A DNA stretch of 63,142 nt, filler included. It is 7 parts of 7 records of this genome, joined end to end, with 100 filler letters (N's around TTAATTAATTAA, not from the genome) between each part and the next. Parts side by side here need not be neighbours in the genome. Positions count along the whole stretch, not along the records: positions 47,583 to 55,621 come from SRR2962707_3421; positions 55,722 to 63,142 come from SRR2962707_3423; 5 more parts are not named here. The stretch is one strand, 5' to 3'. The notes below the pieces were generated by a model. It was not told the origin of the DNA and did not search any database. It was given only the letters and a program-made list of their open reading frames with translations. The position numbers and the translations under genes were made by a program. Numbering within the stretch: position 1 is the first letter of the stretch; each line of letters begins with the position of its first letter. Below are positions 53,801 to 63,142 of this stretch, in pieces.

Positions 53801-55621
53801 CCGCGGGATCCGAGCCACGCCACCACCAAAAATACGGTGAACATGCGCGCAGCGCTCCGCCAAGGCTGCATGCAAGCTTCCCCAGTGAACGTGAATGGCT
53901 CCCGATCTTGGTTGACTGTTGTACCGCCGACGATGCTCACAAAAGCTCTGCGGACGGCAGGAGCATACGCGAATAATGGCTGGCTGCGGCTCGTCGCTCA
54001 GGCCAGCAGGCTTGCTGACAGTGCTATCACGACTGCCCCATGTAGCAAACGGCGGCAATGGAAGCGAGCTCGACGAAGATGTCGCTGCACTTGGACCAAT
54101 CGAAGTCAGCCAGTCCGTGAGGACGCCCCCAATCGCCATCCACTGCACAAACTGTTGTAGTCGCCACTGCGGGCTGACGCGGCGCACTACCCTTTGCTGT
54201 GGTTTGGTGACAGGAGTCCCACTCATGCAAACTGCTGGATTAGGTGCAGCTTTCTGAGAGTTGTGGCTAATGCTGGTGGTGCTGCGCACGCTGGACGAAG
54301 CGGTGGAAGTGCTGCTGGCGTTGCTGCTGCTGTTAGTCGCATTGCGAGGCGCAAGGGTGGCGCCCCCTGCACTCGTTGATGGTGTGCCACGGGGCTGGGA
54401 CGAAATTCCAGCTCCTGAGACGTACAACTCGCGTGTTGGATCGAGACCTTCTGGTTTATTGCTGCGCAGCGTTGTCAGCCGGAAGGCAACTCGCAACCGC
54501 CTCCACAGCTCAAGCGAGGGCCGGGCATTACAATGTGCGAAATTCATGTTCACCGACGAACCCTTGACCTTTGAAAGTGCCGCAACCGTTGCGGCTGCCA
54601 CCGCTGCCACCTTTGCAGCTGATGCTGATGCAGCAGCTGCAATTGACGCAGCAGCTTCAAGAGATGCAGCGTGTGCGACTGCCGCGTCAGCAGCCGCAGA
54701 GGGAGCAACCGAGTCAGTCGAGACCGAGATTGAGGCTGCGGAATCGATCGACCCTGTTTCCGCCAGGAAAGACGCAACTGCGTTTGGAGCTTTGGACCCC
54801 GTTGGGGAACCAGTGACCTTACTTGGCGCAGATGACGGTGGCGATGGCGGTTGTTTGGAAGTTGATGCCTCAGGCATGGAGCGCGCGGAAGCTACTTGAG
54901 CCTTTGCCGCAGCGGCGTTCGCAGCGGCTTTCTTAGCTGTGGCGGCAGCTGCAGCGGCGGCTGCATTGGCTGTAAGCAACGCTGATTTCGCGTTCGAAAG
55001 AGCCTGCAAGTTCGCGCTTGCAGAAGACCAAAAGTTACATTTGGACGCCGCAATTCCGCAAACATAGCACAGGCATTGGTCGCATGTGCGCGCGTTGTGC
55101 GCGTGCTGGTGCTGGGCAGTGGGCATTGGCATCGGGCAGAACCCAAGCACACGGCAGTCCGTGCGAATGTGCGGTCGCGGAGGCGGGGTTGTCGACACAA
55201 CTGCCGCGGTCGCGGACGGTACTGTGGAAGGGCCTGGGCGGGAAACAGAGTGCTGCAATGCTGGTGACATGGACGTGGATTTGGCAGCGACTGTGCCGAT
55301 CGACGCGACCGTAATTCCGGTACTCTTGGCACCGGCAGCCGTTGCGGAGTTGGTCGGCGTCTGAGTTGCAGTCGGAGCTTGGATCGCAGAGGAGGCGGCC
55401 GTTGTTGGCGCGGGAGACGACGTAGACGCTGGTGCCAGGCCAGGGGCTACCCCTTTGGGAGTCGGCCGAGTTTTTTTGGCAGCGGGCAACAGCGTGGCCG
55501 TTGTGGCGGCAGACCAAGTTGAATTTGTTGAGGCCGCGCTTCGTGGAGCGGCTCCGGCTGCGCTCGATGCCAGTGAAGACGATGACGCTACTGATGATGA
55601 TGATGATGATGATGACGACGA
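47840..55621 (-). CDS. Large multi-exon eukaryotic protein of unknown function with an N-terminal Cys/His-rich domain
   Basis: Long minus-strand exons (52982-55621, 52429-52851, 50887-52062, 50478-50879 and others) with GT-AG boundaries. The 3' end and single-gene status are uncertain. Confidence 0.55.
55593..55621. repeat. (GAT)n microsatellite (poly-Ser on the coding minus strand)
   Basis: Read directly at the contig end. Confidence 0.85.
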
Positions 55622-55721
55622 NNNNNNNNNNNNNNNNNNNNNNNNNNNNNNNNNNNNNNNNNNNNTTAATTAATTAANNNNNNNNNNNNNNNNNNNNNNN
55701 NNNNNNNNNNNNNNNNNNNNN
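55622..55721. other. Artificial contig spacer
   Basis: N44-TTAATTAATTAA-N44. Confidence 0.99.
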
Positions 55722-56036
55722 CTTATTTGTGACAGATGTTCTCAACTGTCATTCTGTTCTTTCATAAACGTTACGAACACCTCAAAATAATTGCAAGCGA
55801 AAATTATGGTGATTTGAAATTTTCGATAACGAACTGAACGAGCGAAATTGTAACGGATTGTTATTCTTCAATATTTTGTTACATGGCAGGTGCGGGGAGC
55901 CCGAAAACTGTTGTTGTTTCGTTTTTAATCAGGCGGATCAGGCCCCCAGAAACAGTTGAAAATGAAAAAAGCTTCAAAAATGATGCTGCGTTTCATCGTC
56001 ACCGCGCTGATTGTTCTTACGCCAAGTTTTGCGATT

Positions 56037-56055
56037 GCAAATGATTATCATTGTT
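56037..56055. promoter_or_regulatory. Fur-box-like operator
   Basis: GCAAATGATTATCATTGTT, 14/19 match to GATAATGATAATCATTATC, about 100 bp upstream of the ECF sigma gene. Confidence 0.75.
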
Positions 56056-56153
56056 GTTAGGTTGCGCTTCCCGGCTGTTTTGTAACCTGCGTTGCAACTA
56101 TCTGGTCGTGGCATCCAGCGTGGATGACCAAGTGTTGGCGGTATAATCTGACT

Positions 56154-56672
56154 ATGAAGCTCTGGCAGAAGACCCTCTCGAAACTGTTTGAGGATCACCG
56201 TCGACAATTGGTGTCGATGGCCCGTCGCCGTGTCGGTGACGGAGAGACGGCAAGCGAAATTGTTCAGGATGTCTATGCCAATATTCTGCGCGCAGGTGAT
56301 CGCGGAACCGAAGAAGAAAATGTCAAAATTCTTTATGCGTCGGTGCGCAATGCCGTGATCGATCATCACCGCAGCGCAGCCGGGCGCACCAACATCATGA
56401 GCCGGATATTGCCAACACAGCTTTGGCAGCGTGAAACGTCATCTCCACAGGACCATGCCCAATCGCGTCAGGCCCTTACGGCACTTGATCAGGCATTGCT
56501 GGAACTTTCTCCCAAAGCGCGCGAGATGTTTATCCTGCACCGAGTGGAGGGGATTTCGAATGCGAAACTGGCGCAGAAATACGGCATATCCGTTAGTGCC
56601 GTTGAGAAACAACTCGCACGTTCGATGCGCCATTGTCAGGAACGTCTGGAAGCTTATCGTGATGTGGACTGA
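56154..56672 (+). CDS. FecI-like ECF sigma factor
   Basis: Region 2 ASEIVQDVY..RNAVIDHHR and region 4 LSPKAREMFILHRVEG..GISVSAVEKQL. Confidence 0.9.
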   Translation: MKLWQKTLSKLFEDHRRQLVSMARRRVGDGETASEIVQDVYANILRAGDRGTEEENVKILYASVRNAVIDHHRSAAGRTNIMSRILPTQLWQRETSSPQDHAQSRQALTALDQALLELSPKAREMFILHRVEGISNAKLAQKYGISVSAVEKQLARSMRHCQERLEAYRDVD

Positions 56673-56795
56673 AATGTTTGGTCAGGAAGATGAGGATGTT
56701 TTCTCTTTATCCGTTTATTAGGTATAGAAGCGACGCGACGGCAAAACCGCTGTCACATCACATCTGCCGGTATCGTGTGGACGATCATTAAAGTA

Positions 56796-57761
56796 ATGCA
56801 AGGCGACAACAAACCAACAGATGCGCAAAAGGACGAAGCGGCCCTGTGGCATGTAAAACATGCTGGTGGGTCGATGACGGTCGCGCAGGAACATGAATTT
56901 GAATCATGGATCAATGCAGACCGCGGCAATCGTCTTGCATTTGATCAAATGCGTGTTCTTTGGGCGCAGGTTGAAGAACCGGCAGCACGACTGGCGATCC
57001 TGAACAACCGACAGACATCCGTTTGGCGCAAGTTGCGGGATTGGTTCTCGCCTGTTCGGACATTGACGTCGTGCGCCGGTGTTGCCGCCGCTGTTGCGGT
57101 GGCGGTTTTCATCAACCCGGATGTCTTTGATAATCTTCAGGCCGATATTGTTACCGATGCGCAAACCGTGACCGAGATCAACCTGACGGATGGATCGACC
57201 GTCTATCTTGCAGCGAACAGTGCCATCACAACCGATTTCAACGATGGTCACCGCGATGTCGAACTTTTGCGCGGGCAGGCATTTTTCGATGTGATGCATC
57301 GAAACGGTGACCGGTTCCGGGTTCGCGCCGGGGATGCGACAATTGAGGTGGTGGGGACGCGCTTTAATGTCGATTACCTGACCGATAACGCTCAGATCGG
57401 TGTTGAAGAAGGAGCCGTTAGGGTTTCAACCAGGACTGAAGAAAACGCTGTTCTTTTAGGGCCAGGCGACTTGGTTGCTGTGGATGGGCAGCAATTGCAG
57501 GTCAAACAAGTAAGCGATATCGCATCTGTTCAAAGCTGGATGCATGGGCGTTTGAGTGTCCAGAATGTGCGCCTTGGGGATCTGGTAGCACGTCTGGATA
57601 ATTTCGCACCCGGCCGTTTGATCGTTCTGGGCGACATTGAAAATAAGATTGTATCGGGCAGTTTTCCGACCGGGGATGTGATCAGATCGCTTGAAACGCT
57701 TGCGGTTGCAGTGGATGGAAAAGTTGTTGAAACCTCGCCCTGGTTGACCGTTCTTTATTAA
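56796..57761 (+). CDS. FecR-like anti-sigma/sensor
   Basis: EAALWH, a TM segment, LTDGSTVYL.ANS, GQAFFDV and VVGTRFNV. Confidence 0.9.
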   Translation: MQGDNKPTDAQKDEAALWHVKHAGGSMTVAQEHEFESWINADRGNRLAFDQMRVLWAQVEEPAARLAILNNRQTSVWRKLRDWFSPVRTLTSCAGVAAAVAVAVFINPDVFDNLQADIVTDAQTVTEINLTDGSTVYLAANSAITTDFNDGHRDVELLRGQAFFDVMHRNGDRFRVRAGDATIEVVGTRFNVDYLTDNAQIGVEEGAVRVSTRTEENAVLLGPGDLVAVDGQQLQVKQVSDIASVQSWMHGRLSVQNVRLGDLVARLDNFAPGRLIVLGDIENKIVSGSFPTGDVIRSLETLAVAVDGKVVETSPWLTVLY

Positions 57762-57882
57762 GATTGCGAAAAATTCGCAAAAAAGTTCCTTCTCATGTGA
57801 GGGTTTGATTTTCCCGCTCGTTTGTTTTTCTAGGTGCAGGGGGACCTGCCAGAAAAACCAGACTTATGAATGGAGTGGGAAT

Positions 57883-60336
57883 TTGTATTCCAAGCAGGCA
57901 AAATCAAAAAAGAATGTCTTGATCTCGGCGTTGTTGGTGACGTCGTCAATCGGTCTGCCGACTGGTTTGATGATGGGGGATGCCAATGCACAGTCATTCA
58001 CGAATAGTCAAATCGAAGTCGCGCAAGCTCTTTACAGTTTTGATCTGACGGTCAACTCAATTGCCGATGGTGTCAGCAAGATCGGCGATGTGTCGGGCTG
58101 GAGTATTGCCTACGCGATTGATTTGCCGGAAATTGACGGCCCGCGCGAAATTCGCGGCGAGCTGTCTGTTCAGGCGGCAATTGAAATCCTTATTCGCGGG
58201 ACGAACCTTTCTTATCGTGCGGTGGGCAATCAATCATTGATCCTTACGGATGCAAGTACGCGCGAAACAGCCGACGGTTCCATCATGACCGATCCTGTAC
58301 TTGTCGAGGCTGCTGGTGCGCAATCCGATCTTACCCCGGCATATGCCGGTGGGCAGGTCGCAACTGGCGGCGGCCTTGGCATGCTTGGCAATACCGATTT
58401 CATGGATGCCCCGGTCAGCATCACCAGCTACACCAGCGAACGCATTGCCGATCAACAGGCGACGACCATTGCCGATGTCTTGCAATATGATCCTTCGGTC
58501 CGTGCACCGAATGCAGAAACCGCGAACCTGGATACCTATCAAATTCGGGGTTTTGGCGTGAACCTGTTTAACACGGGCGAAGTATCGTTTAACGGTGCCT
58601 ATGGTGTGGCGCCGACCTACCGGGTTATGTCTGGTCTGGCGGAACGGATTGAGGTCGTCAAAGGACCAAATGCGTTGCTAAACGGCATGTCCCCCACCGG
58701 GGCTGTCGGCGGGGCGATCAATATCGTGCCCAAGCGTGCTGGTGAAGAGGACCTTACCCGTACCAGCCTTGATTACGGACGCGGCGAACAGGCCGGCGGC
58801 GATGTTGATTTCAGTCGACGTTTTGGTGCAAATGACGAATTCGGTGTGCGTTTTAACGGGGGCTATCACAATGGGGATACCTTCCTTGATCGTCAAACGC
58901 GCGAAGCGTCGCTTGGGGCATTGGCGCTTGATTACAAAACTGACCGGTTCCGGGCATCGCTTGATCTGATTGATCAACGTGAAAACCTGAATGCGCCAGC
59001 ACGTGAATTTCGCTTTAATTCCGGGTTTGCCATTCCCGATGCACCAGATGGATCAACCAACGTCATTCAGGATTGGGAATGGTCTGATGCAGTGGATCGT
59101 TCTGGTCTGATTCAGGTGGAATATGACGTGTTTGACGACGTCACGGTATTTGGGCGCTTTGGAGGCGGGCGGACCGAACTTGATCGTTTGTTCGGGACAC
59201 CAACCGTTCAGAATGCTGAGGGTGATTATATTGATAGCGGCCTTTCCTATCGCCGTTTCCAGACGGACCGGTGGTCAGCAAGCACAGGCGTGCGCAGCGA
59301 ATTTGAAACAGCCCAGATCAAGCACAAGCTTTCTCTGGAGGCGACATATTACGAGGATCAACTGCGTCAGGGCATTAGCAATGCCGGGTCAAATCCGTCG
59401 GCCAATATTTATACCACCGCTGCCGTCGCACCGATTGCGGTCAGCGCCCCGACCAGCAAACCCAAAACATCGGAATCGCAACTGAACGGTTTTGCACTTG
59501 CCGATACTTTATCAGTCCTTGATGAACGGATCTTGCTAACACTGGGTGCGCGTCATCAAAGCATCGCTGTCACCAATTATAGCAGCGGTGCAGTAAGCAG
59601 CAGTTACGATGACAGCGTGATCAGCCCGATGGCCGGACTTGTTGTGAAACCGTCTGACAGTGTTTCGATTTATGCCAACTATATCGAAGGCCTCAACCAG
59701 GGTGACATTGCGCCCGATAGTGCTGCCAACGCAGGACAGGCGATGTCGCCTTATGTCGCCAAGCAGATCGAAACAGGGGTGAAACTTGATTTTGGATCGA
59801 TTGGTGGGTCTATCTCTGCCTTCCAGATTAGCCAACCAGACGGCGGGACGGATGCGGCGACCAATATCTTTAGTGCGGATAACGAACAGCGTAACCGTGG
59901 CATTGAAATGAATGTCTTTGGTCAGGTCACCGATGATATCCGGTTGTTGGGCGGCGTGATGTTCCTTGAATCAGAAATCACCAAGGCAGTTGATGCCGCT
60001 GACAAAGGCAAGCGCCCGGTCGGCACACCGGAGATGCAAATCAATCTGGTCGGTGAATGGGATACACCATTTGTTGATGGATTAACTCTGAGCGGCACGG
60101 TCACCCATACCTCTGAACAGTTCGTCGATACCGCCAATACGCAGGACATTCCGGACTGGACCACGCTTGATATCGGTGCGCGCTATAAGACGGAGCTTTA
60201 TGGCACGCCAATGACAGTGCGCGCCACGGTCCAGAACGTCACCAATGAAAGCTACTATTCCGGTGTGAACCAGTGGCGCTTCGTTTCACTTGGGGCACCG
60301 CGGACGGCTTTGCTGTCCATTACTGCGGACTTCTAG
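57883..60336 (+). CDS. TonB-dependent siderophore receptor with N-terminal signalling (STN) domain
   Basis: Signal peptide, STN-like extension, ERIEVVKGPNALL plug motif and C-terminal GAPRTALLSITADF. Probable TTG start at 57883. Confidence 0.92.
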   Translation: MYSKQAKSKKNVLISALLVTSSIGLPTGLMMGDANAQSFTNSQIEVAQALYSFDLTVNSIADGVSKIGDVSGWSIAYAIDLPEIDGPREIRGELSVQAAIEILIRGTNLSYRAVGNQSLILTDASTRETADGSIMTDPVLVEAAGAQSDLTPAYAGGQVATGGGLGMLGNTDFMDAPVSITSYTSERIADQQATTIADVLQYDPSVRAPNAETANLDTYQIRGFGVNLFNTGEVSFNGAYGVAPTYRVMSGLAERIEVVKGPNALLNGMSPTGAVGGAINIVPKRAGEEDLTRTSLDYGRGEQAGGDVDFSRRFGANDEFGVRFNGGYHNGDTFLDRQTREASLGALALDYKTDRFRASLDLIDQRENLNAPAREFRFNSGFAIPDAPDGSTNVIQDWEWSDAVDRSGLIQVEYDVFDDVTVFGRFGGGRTELDRLFGTPTVQNAEGDYIDSGLSYRRFQTDRWSASTGVRSEFETAQIKHKLSLEATYYEDQLRQGISNAGSNPSANIYTTAAVAPIAVSAPTSKPKTSESQLNGFALADTLSVLDERILLTLGARHQSIAVTNYSSGAVSSSYDDSVISPMAGLVVKPSDSVSIYANYIEGLNQGDIAPDSAANAGQAMSPYVAKQIETGVKLDFGSIGGSISAFQISQPDGGTDAATNIFSADNEQRNRGIEMNVFGQVTDDIRLLGGVMFLESEITKAVDAADKGKRPVGTPEMQINLVGEWDTPFVDGLTLSGTVTHTSEQFVDTANTQDIPDWTTLDIGARYKTELYGTPMTVRATVQNVTNESYYSGVNQWRFVSLGAPRTALLSITADF

Positions 60337-60337
60337 T

Positions 60338-61564
60338 GTGATCGCCACAAACTGGAAAATCCATCTCCTGTTTGTCATTCAACTGGTGTCGATGGGCGCA
60401 ATGGAAATGAGCGGGCCGTTCTGGCCCGTTCATCTGCGTTCATTGACACCATCAGATGACCTTTTCACCTTTGCCAGTGTCGGGGTTTATGTCGGGCCGA
60501 TGCTGGGCATCATGCTGACCAGTACGTTCTGGGGGTGGATGGGGGATCGGCTCGGGCACAAATCAATGATGATGCGTGCGCTGTTTGGTCTGGCGGCAAC
60601 CCAACTGGCGCTGGCCTATGCGGGGGATGTCTGGTCAATCCTGATCTTGCGTTTTCTGCAAGGGGCGTGTGCTGGTTACATCGCACCAGCGCAGGCCTAT
60701 GGGGTGAGCATTGAAAGTCCTGCGCGGCGGGCAAAGCTTTTTGCCTACTTGCAGGTTTCAACCAATATCGGCTCGTTGGGTGGGGCATTGATCGGCGGGG
60801 TGATCCTTGATCTTGCCAGTTTCTTCTGGATCAACTTCTCAGCGGCAATCTTGTGTGCCTTGTGCCTGTTGTTCGTCTGGGTTGGTTTACCAGCGGTTTC
60901 CGTTGCCGCGCGAAGCGATACCCTGAAAACGTCGGCTTCGCCGCCGATCGCAGGCAGTGTTTTGCGTTCCCCTCAGGTCATATCGTTGCTTACCATGCTG
61001 GGCGTTTTATTGCTTGGGCGTATGGTTACGACATCGCCATTTCCGATCTATGTGCGCAGCACATTTGACGTTGGAAATTGGGAGGTCGGTTTGTGTTATG
61101 GCCTGTTGGCATTCGGGTTTGTCACGACCGCATCGCTTTGGGCACGCTACTTCGATGGTCGCTCGGCGCGCGATGTGCTTGGCAAAATGGGCTTGGTCAT
61201 AGGTGGGTGTGTTGCGGTCACACTGACTGCCGGACTGACCGGATCAATCATCGTCTTTGCAACAATGTATTTCCTGTGGGGGATGCTTTTGGGGGCAACC
61301 ACCCCGGTTCTGACCGCACTTGTGTCACGCAGTGCTGCAGATCATCAGCAAGGATACCTGCTGGGCCTTGCACAAAGCACAGCGCAGTTTTCCTCGATTG
61401 CGGGGATAGCACTTGGCGGCTGGTTTGCTCTGACCGCCGGATTTTCAAACATCTATTTTCTTGTCGGTTTTGTTTATCTCGTCGGCTTGGTGCTGACGTT
61501 GGTAACGCGCACCTGTGTTTATCACGCGACGAAAACGGCCGACGTTTCAGGGGAAGTAAAATGA
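60338..61564 (+). CDS. MFS transporter resembling siderophore-cluster exporters (SbnD/PvsC-like)
   Basis: About 12 hydrophobic segments, WGWMGDRLGHKSMMMRAL and LRFLQGACAGYI. Starts 1 bp after the receptor stop. Confidence 0.75.
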   Translation: MIATNWKIHLLFVIQLVSMGAMEMSGPFWPVHLRSLTPSDDLFTFASVGVYVGPMLGIMLTSTFWGWMGDRLGHKSMMMRALFGLAATQLALAYAGDVWSILILRFLQGACAGYIAPAQAYGVSIESPARRAKLFAYLQVSTNIGSLGGALIGGVILDLASFFWINFSAAILCALCLLFVWVGLPAVSVAARSDTLKTSASPPIAGSVLRSPQVISLLTMLGVLLLGRMVTTSPFPIYVRSTFDVGNWEVGLCYGLLAFGFVTTASLWARYFDGRSARDVLGKMGLVIGGCVAVTLTAGLTGSIIVFATMYFLWGMLLGATTPVLTALVSRSAADHQQGYLLGLAQSTAQFSSIAGIALGGWFALTAGFSNIYFLVGFVYLVGLVLTLVTRTCVYHATKTADVSGEVK

Positions 61565-62691
61565 CCATGAGAAAACTGTTTCATATTCTTATCGTTCTGG
61601 CCGTCGGGGTGATTTTCCAAACATCCGTAAATGCCGAAACCATTACGGTCACTGATGTTGCCGGACGCAGTGTTATGGTCAATGTGCCGATCAAACGTGC
61701 TGTCCTTGGCGAAGGGCGTCAGCTTTATATCATTGCTGCACTTGACCGGGAAAATCCGACCAAACGGATTGTCGGTTGGCGCAAGGACCTGATCGAAGCA
61801 GACCCTGCAACCTATCAGGCCTATCTTGCAAAGTTTCCGGAATTTGGTGACATACCGGCGTTTGAGGGGCTTGAGCAAAGCCTGATTGATATTGAAACGA
61901 CGATTGCCCAGAGGCCCGACATTGTCTTCCTGAACCTGGAAACCAAACGTGCGGCCGAAGAGGCTGCCTATATCGAAAAAATGGGTGCTTTGGAAATTCC
62001 GATTGTCTATGTTGATTTTCGCAACAATCCGGAAGCAAATACCGACCCGTCCATCCGGTTGTTTGGTAAGCTGTTTGGTCAGGAAGAACGTGCGGAAGCC
62101 CTGATTGACTTCCGTACTGCCGAAATCGACAAGATCACGGACCGTCTTGCACGGGCAAAACCGGATCGGCCAAAGGTGTTTATCGATCGCGCTGCAGGGT
62201 TTTACGAGGATTGCTGTCATTCGTTTGGCAACAGCAACTTTGGTGCGATGGTCGAGTTGGCCGGTGGCAACAACATCGCAAAAGACCTGATCCCCGGGAC
62301 CTTTGGGCAAATCAATGCCGAGCAGGTCATTGTCTCTGATCCCCGCCACATCATCGTCACCAGTGCGATGTGGGATGCCTATGTTCCAGGTGGTCACTGG
62401 GTGCCGGTTGGGCCGGGGGCTGATCAACAGGTTATCAAAGAGAAGCTGGAATACTATCCGACCCGCCCGGCTTACCTTGGGATAGCGGCCCAAAAGACAC
62501 AGGCATTTCACGCTGTCTGGCATCAATTCTATAACAGCCCGTATCAGTTTGTCGCCATCCAGCAGATGGCGAAATGGTTCCATCCCGATCTGTTTGCGGA
62601 TGTTGACCCCGATGAGACGTTTGCCCGCCTGCATGACCTGTTTTTGCCGATTGACTATCAACCGGGCTATTTTGGTTCACTTTCGAACTAA
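61561..62691 (+). CDS. Iron-siderophore/cobalamin-type ABC substrate-binding protein
   Basis: Signal peptide, VTDVAGR.V, LGEGRQ, AGGNNIA and WHQFYNSPY. ATGA-coupled to the MFS gene. Confidence 0.88.
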   Translation: MTMRKLFHILIVLAVGVIFQTSVNAETITVTDVAGRSVMVNVPIKRAVLGEGRQLYIIAALDRENPTKRIVGWRKDLIEADPATYQAYLAKFPEFGDIPAFEGLEQSLIDIETTIAQRPDIVFLNLETKRAAEEAAYIEKMGALEIPIVYVDFRNNPEANTDPSIRLFGKLFGQEERAEALIDFRTAEIDKITDRLARAKPDRPKVFIDRAAGFYEDCCHSFGNSNFGAMVELAGGNNIAKDLIPGTFGQINAEQVIVSDPRHIIVTSAMWDAYVPGGHWVPVGPGADQQVIKEKLEYYPTRPAYLGIAAQKTQAFHAVWHQFYNSPYQFVAIQQMAKWFHPDLFADVDPDETFARLHDLFLPIDYQPGYFGSLSN

Positions 62692-62883
62692 GATCGCAGT
62701 TTCTGTCAAAAGGCGTCTCCAACCGGGCAATCGATGCAATCTTCTTGCAAAGGTCGCTTTGCCCTCTGTTTGCGATTGCCAAGGAACAAATATCTCGCGA
62801 AGATGTGGCATTACGCACGGAGCAGACTAGATGTGTGTTATCCGATCTTGTCGCTCCCAATTAAAAAATCCGGAGGCACTAAA

Positions 62884-63142
62884 ATGGTTTCGCTAAAAGA
62901 CCCGTTACTCTTTACCCAGCAGGCCTATGTTGGCGGTGAGTGGGTCGATGCCCCAGACGGGAAAACAGAACAAGTCACCAACCCGGCAACCGGCGACGTT
63001 ATCGGCACAGTGCCGGTTCTGGGCCGTGATGCGGTTGCGCATGCCATTGCTGTGGCAGAAAAGGCCCAGAAGCTTTGGAAAAAGCGCACGGCCAAGGAAC
63101 GCTCGGTCATTTTGATGAAATGGTACGACCTGATGATGGAAA
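62884..63142 (+). CDS. gabD: NAD(P)-dependent succinate-semialdehyde dehydrogenase, N-terminal part
   Basis: Manual translation MVSLKDPLLFTQQAYVGGEWV...VTNPATGDVIGTVP...TAKERSVILMKWYDLMME. Runs off the window. Confidence 0.8.
   Translation, partial: MVSLKDPLLFTQQAYVGGEWVDAPDGKTEQVTNPATGDVIGTVPVLGRDAVAHAIAVAEKAQKLWKKRTAKERSVILMKWYDLMME

Noticed and set aside
13417..55621. Bacteria-to-eukaryote HGT or a hybrid locus
   Set aside because: Every bacterial/eukaryotic transition coincides with a spacer, so there is no physical linkage evidence.
13317..55721. Six-fold recurring TTAATTAATTAA flanked by Ns as a biological repeat or CRISPR
   Set aside because: It is an identical 100-bp synthetic linker with stops in all six frames, i.e. 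a concatenation artefact.
61522..62661. 379-aa antisense ORF, and the 537-aa extension 61078-62691
   Set aside because: It is a shadow of the SBP gene with no recognisable motifs. The real SBP starts at 61561 with a signal peptide.

Overview
This window is not one locus. It is seven contigs joined by six artificial 100-bp spacers (N44-TTAATTAATTAA-N44), and they come from at least three kinds of organism. Contig 1 (1-13316) is an AT-rich marine gammaproteobacterium, Alteromonadales-like. It carries a long helD with an inserted nuclease-like domain and C-terminal Zn ribbons, a G9-frameshifted membrane protein, sbtA with a divergent CbbR/CmpR-like LysR, and a LacI-controlled beta-glucoside locus (TonB receptor, two flavin-dependent halogenase-like genes, GH1, GPH symporter, LacI). 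Contigs 2, 4 and 6 (13417-20949, 31577-37313, 47583-55621) are an intron-rich microbial eukaryote. They encode SKI2, a probable C1orf109-like protein, D-cysteine desulfhydrase, a CCDC17-family-like protein and a large unknown protein with a split Cys/His domain. Contig 3 (21050-31476) is Rhodobacteraceae-like, with a DEAD helicase, an orphan AmgK-like kinase cluster, a CDGSH Fe-S protein and malonate matMAB. Contig 5 (37414-47482) is an alphaproteobacterial island edge: a tRNA-Thr att fragment, an integrase decapitated by an IS21 remnant, and a gamma-glutamylation amine-catabolism cassette. Contig 7 (55722-63142) is alphaproteobacterial: a Fur-boxed fecI-fecR-TonB transducer-MFS-SBP iron-uptake locus and the start of gabD. 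I saw no CRISPR array, rRNA or intact tRNA. Taxonomy and family calls come from remembered motifs and were not searched. No single unambiguous new system is evident. The best candidates are the nuclease/Zn-ribbon HelD, the halogenase pair in a sugar-uptake locus, the heterotroph SbtA-LysR module, the island amino-alcohol pathway and the MFS inside an uptake-only siderophore locus.
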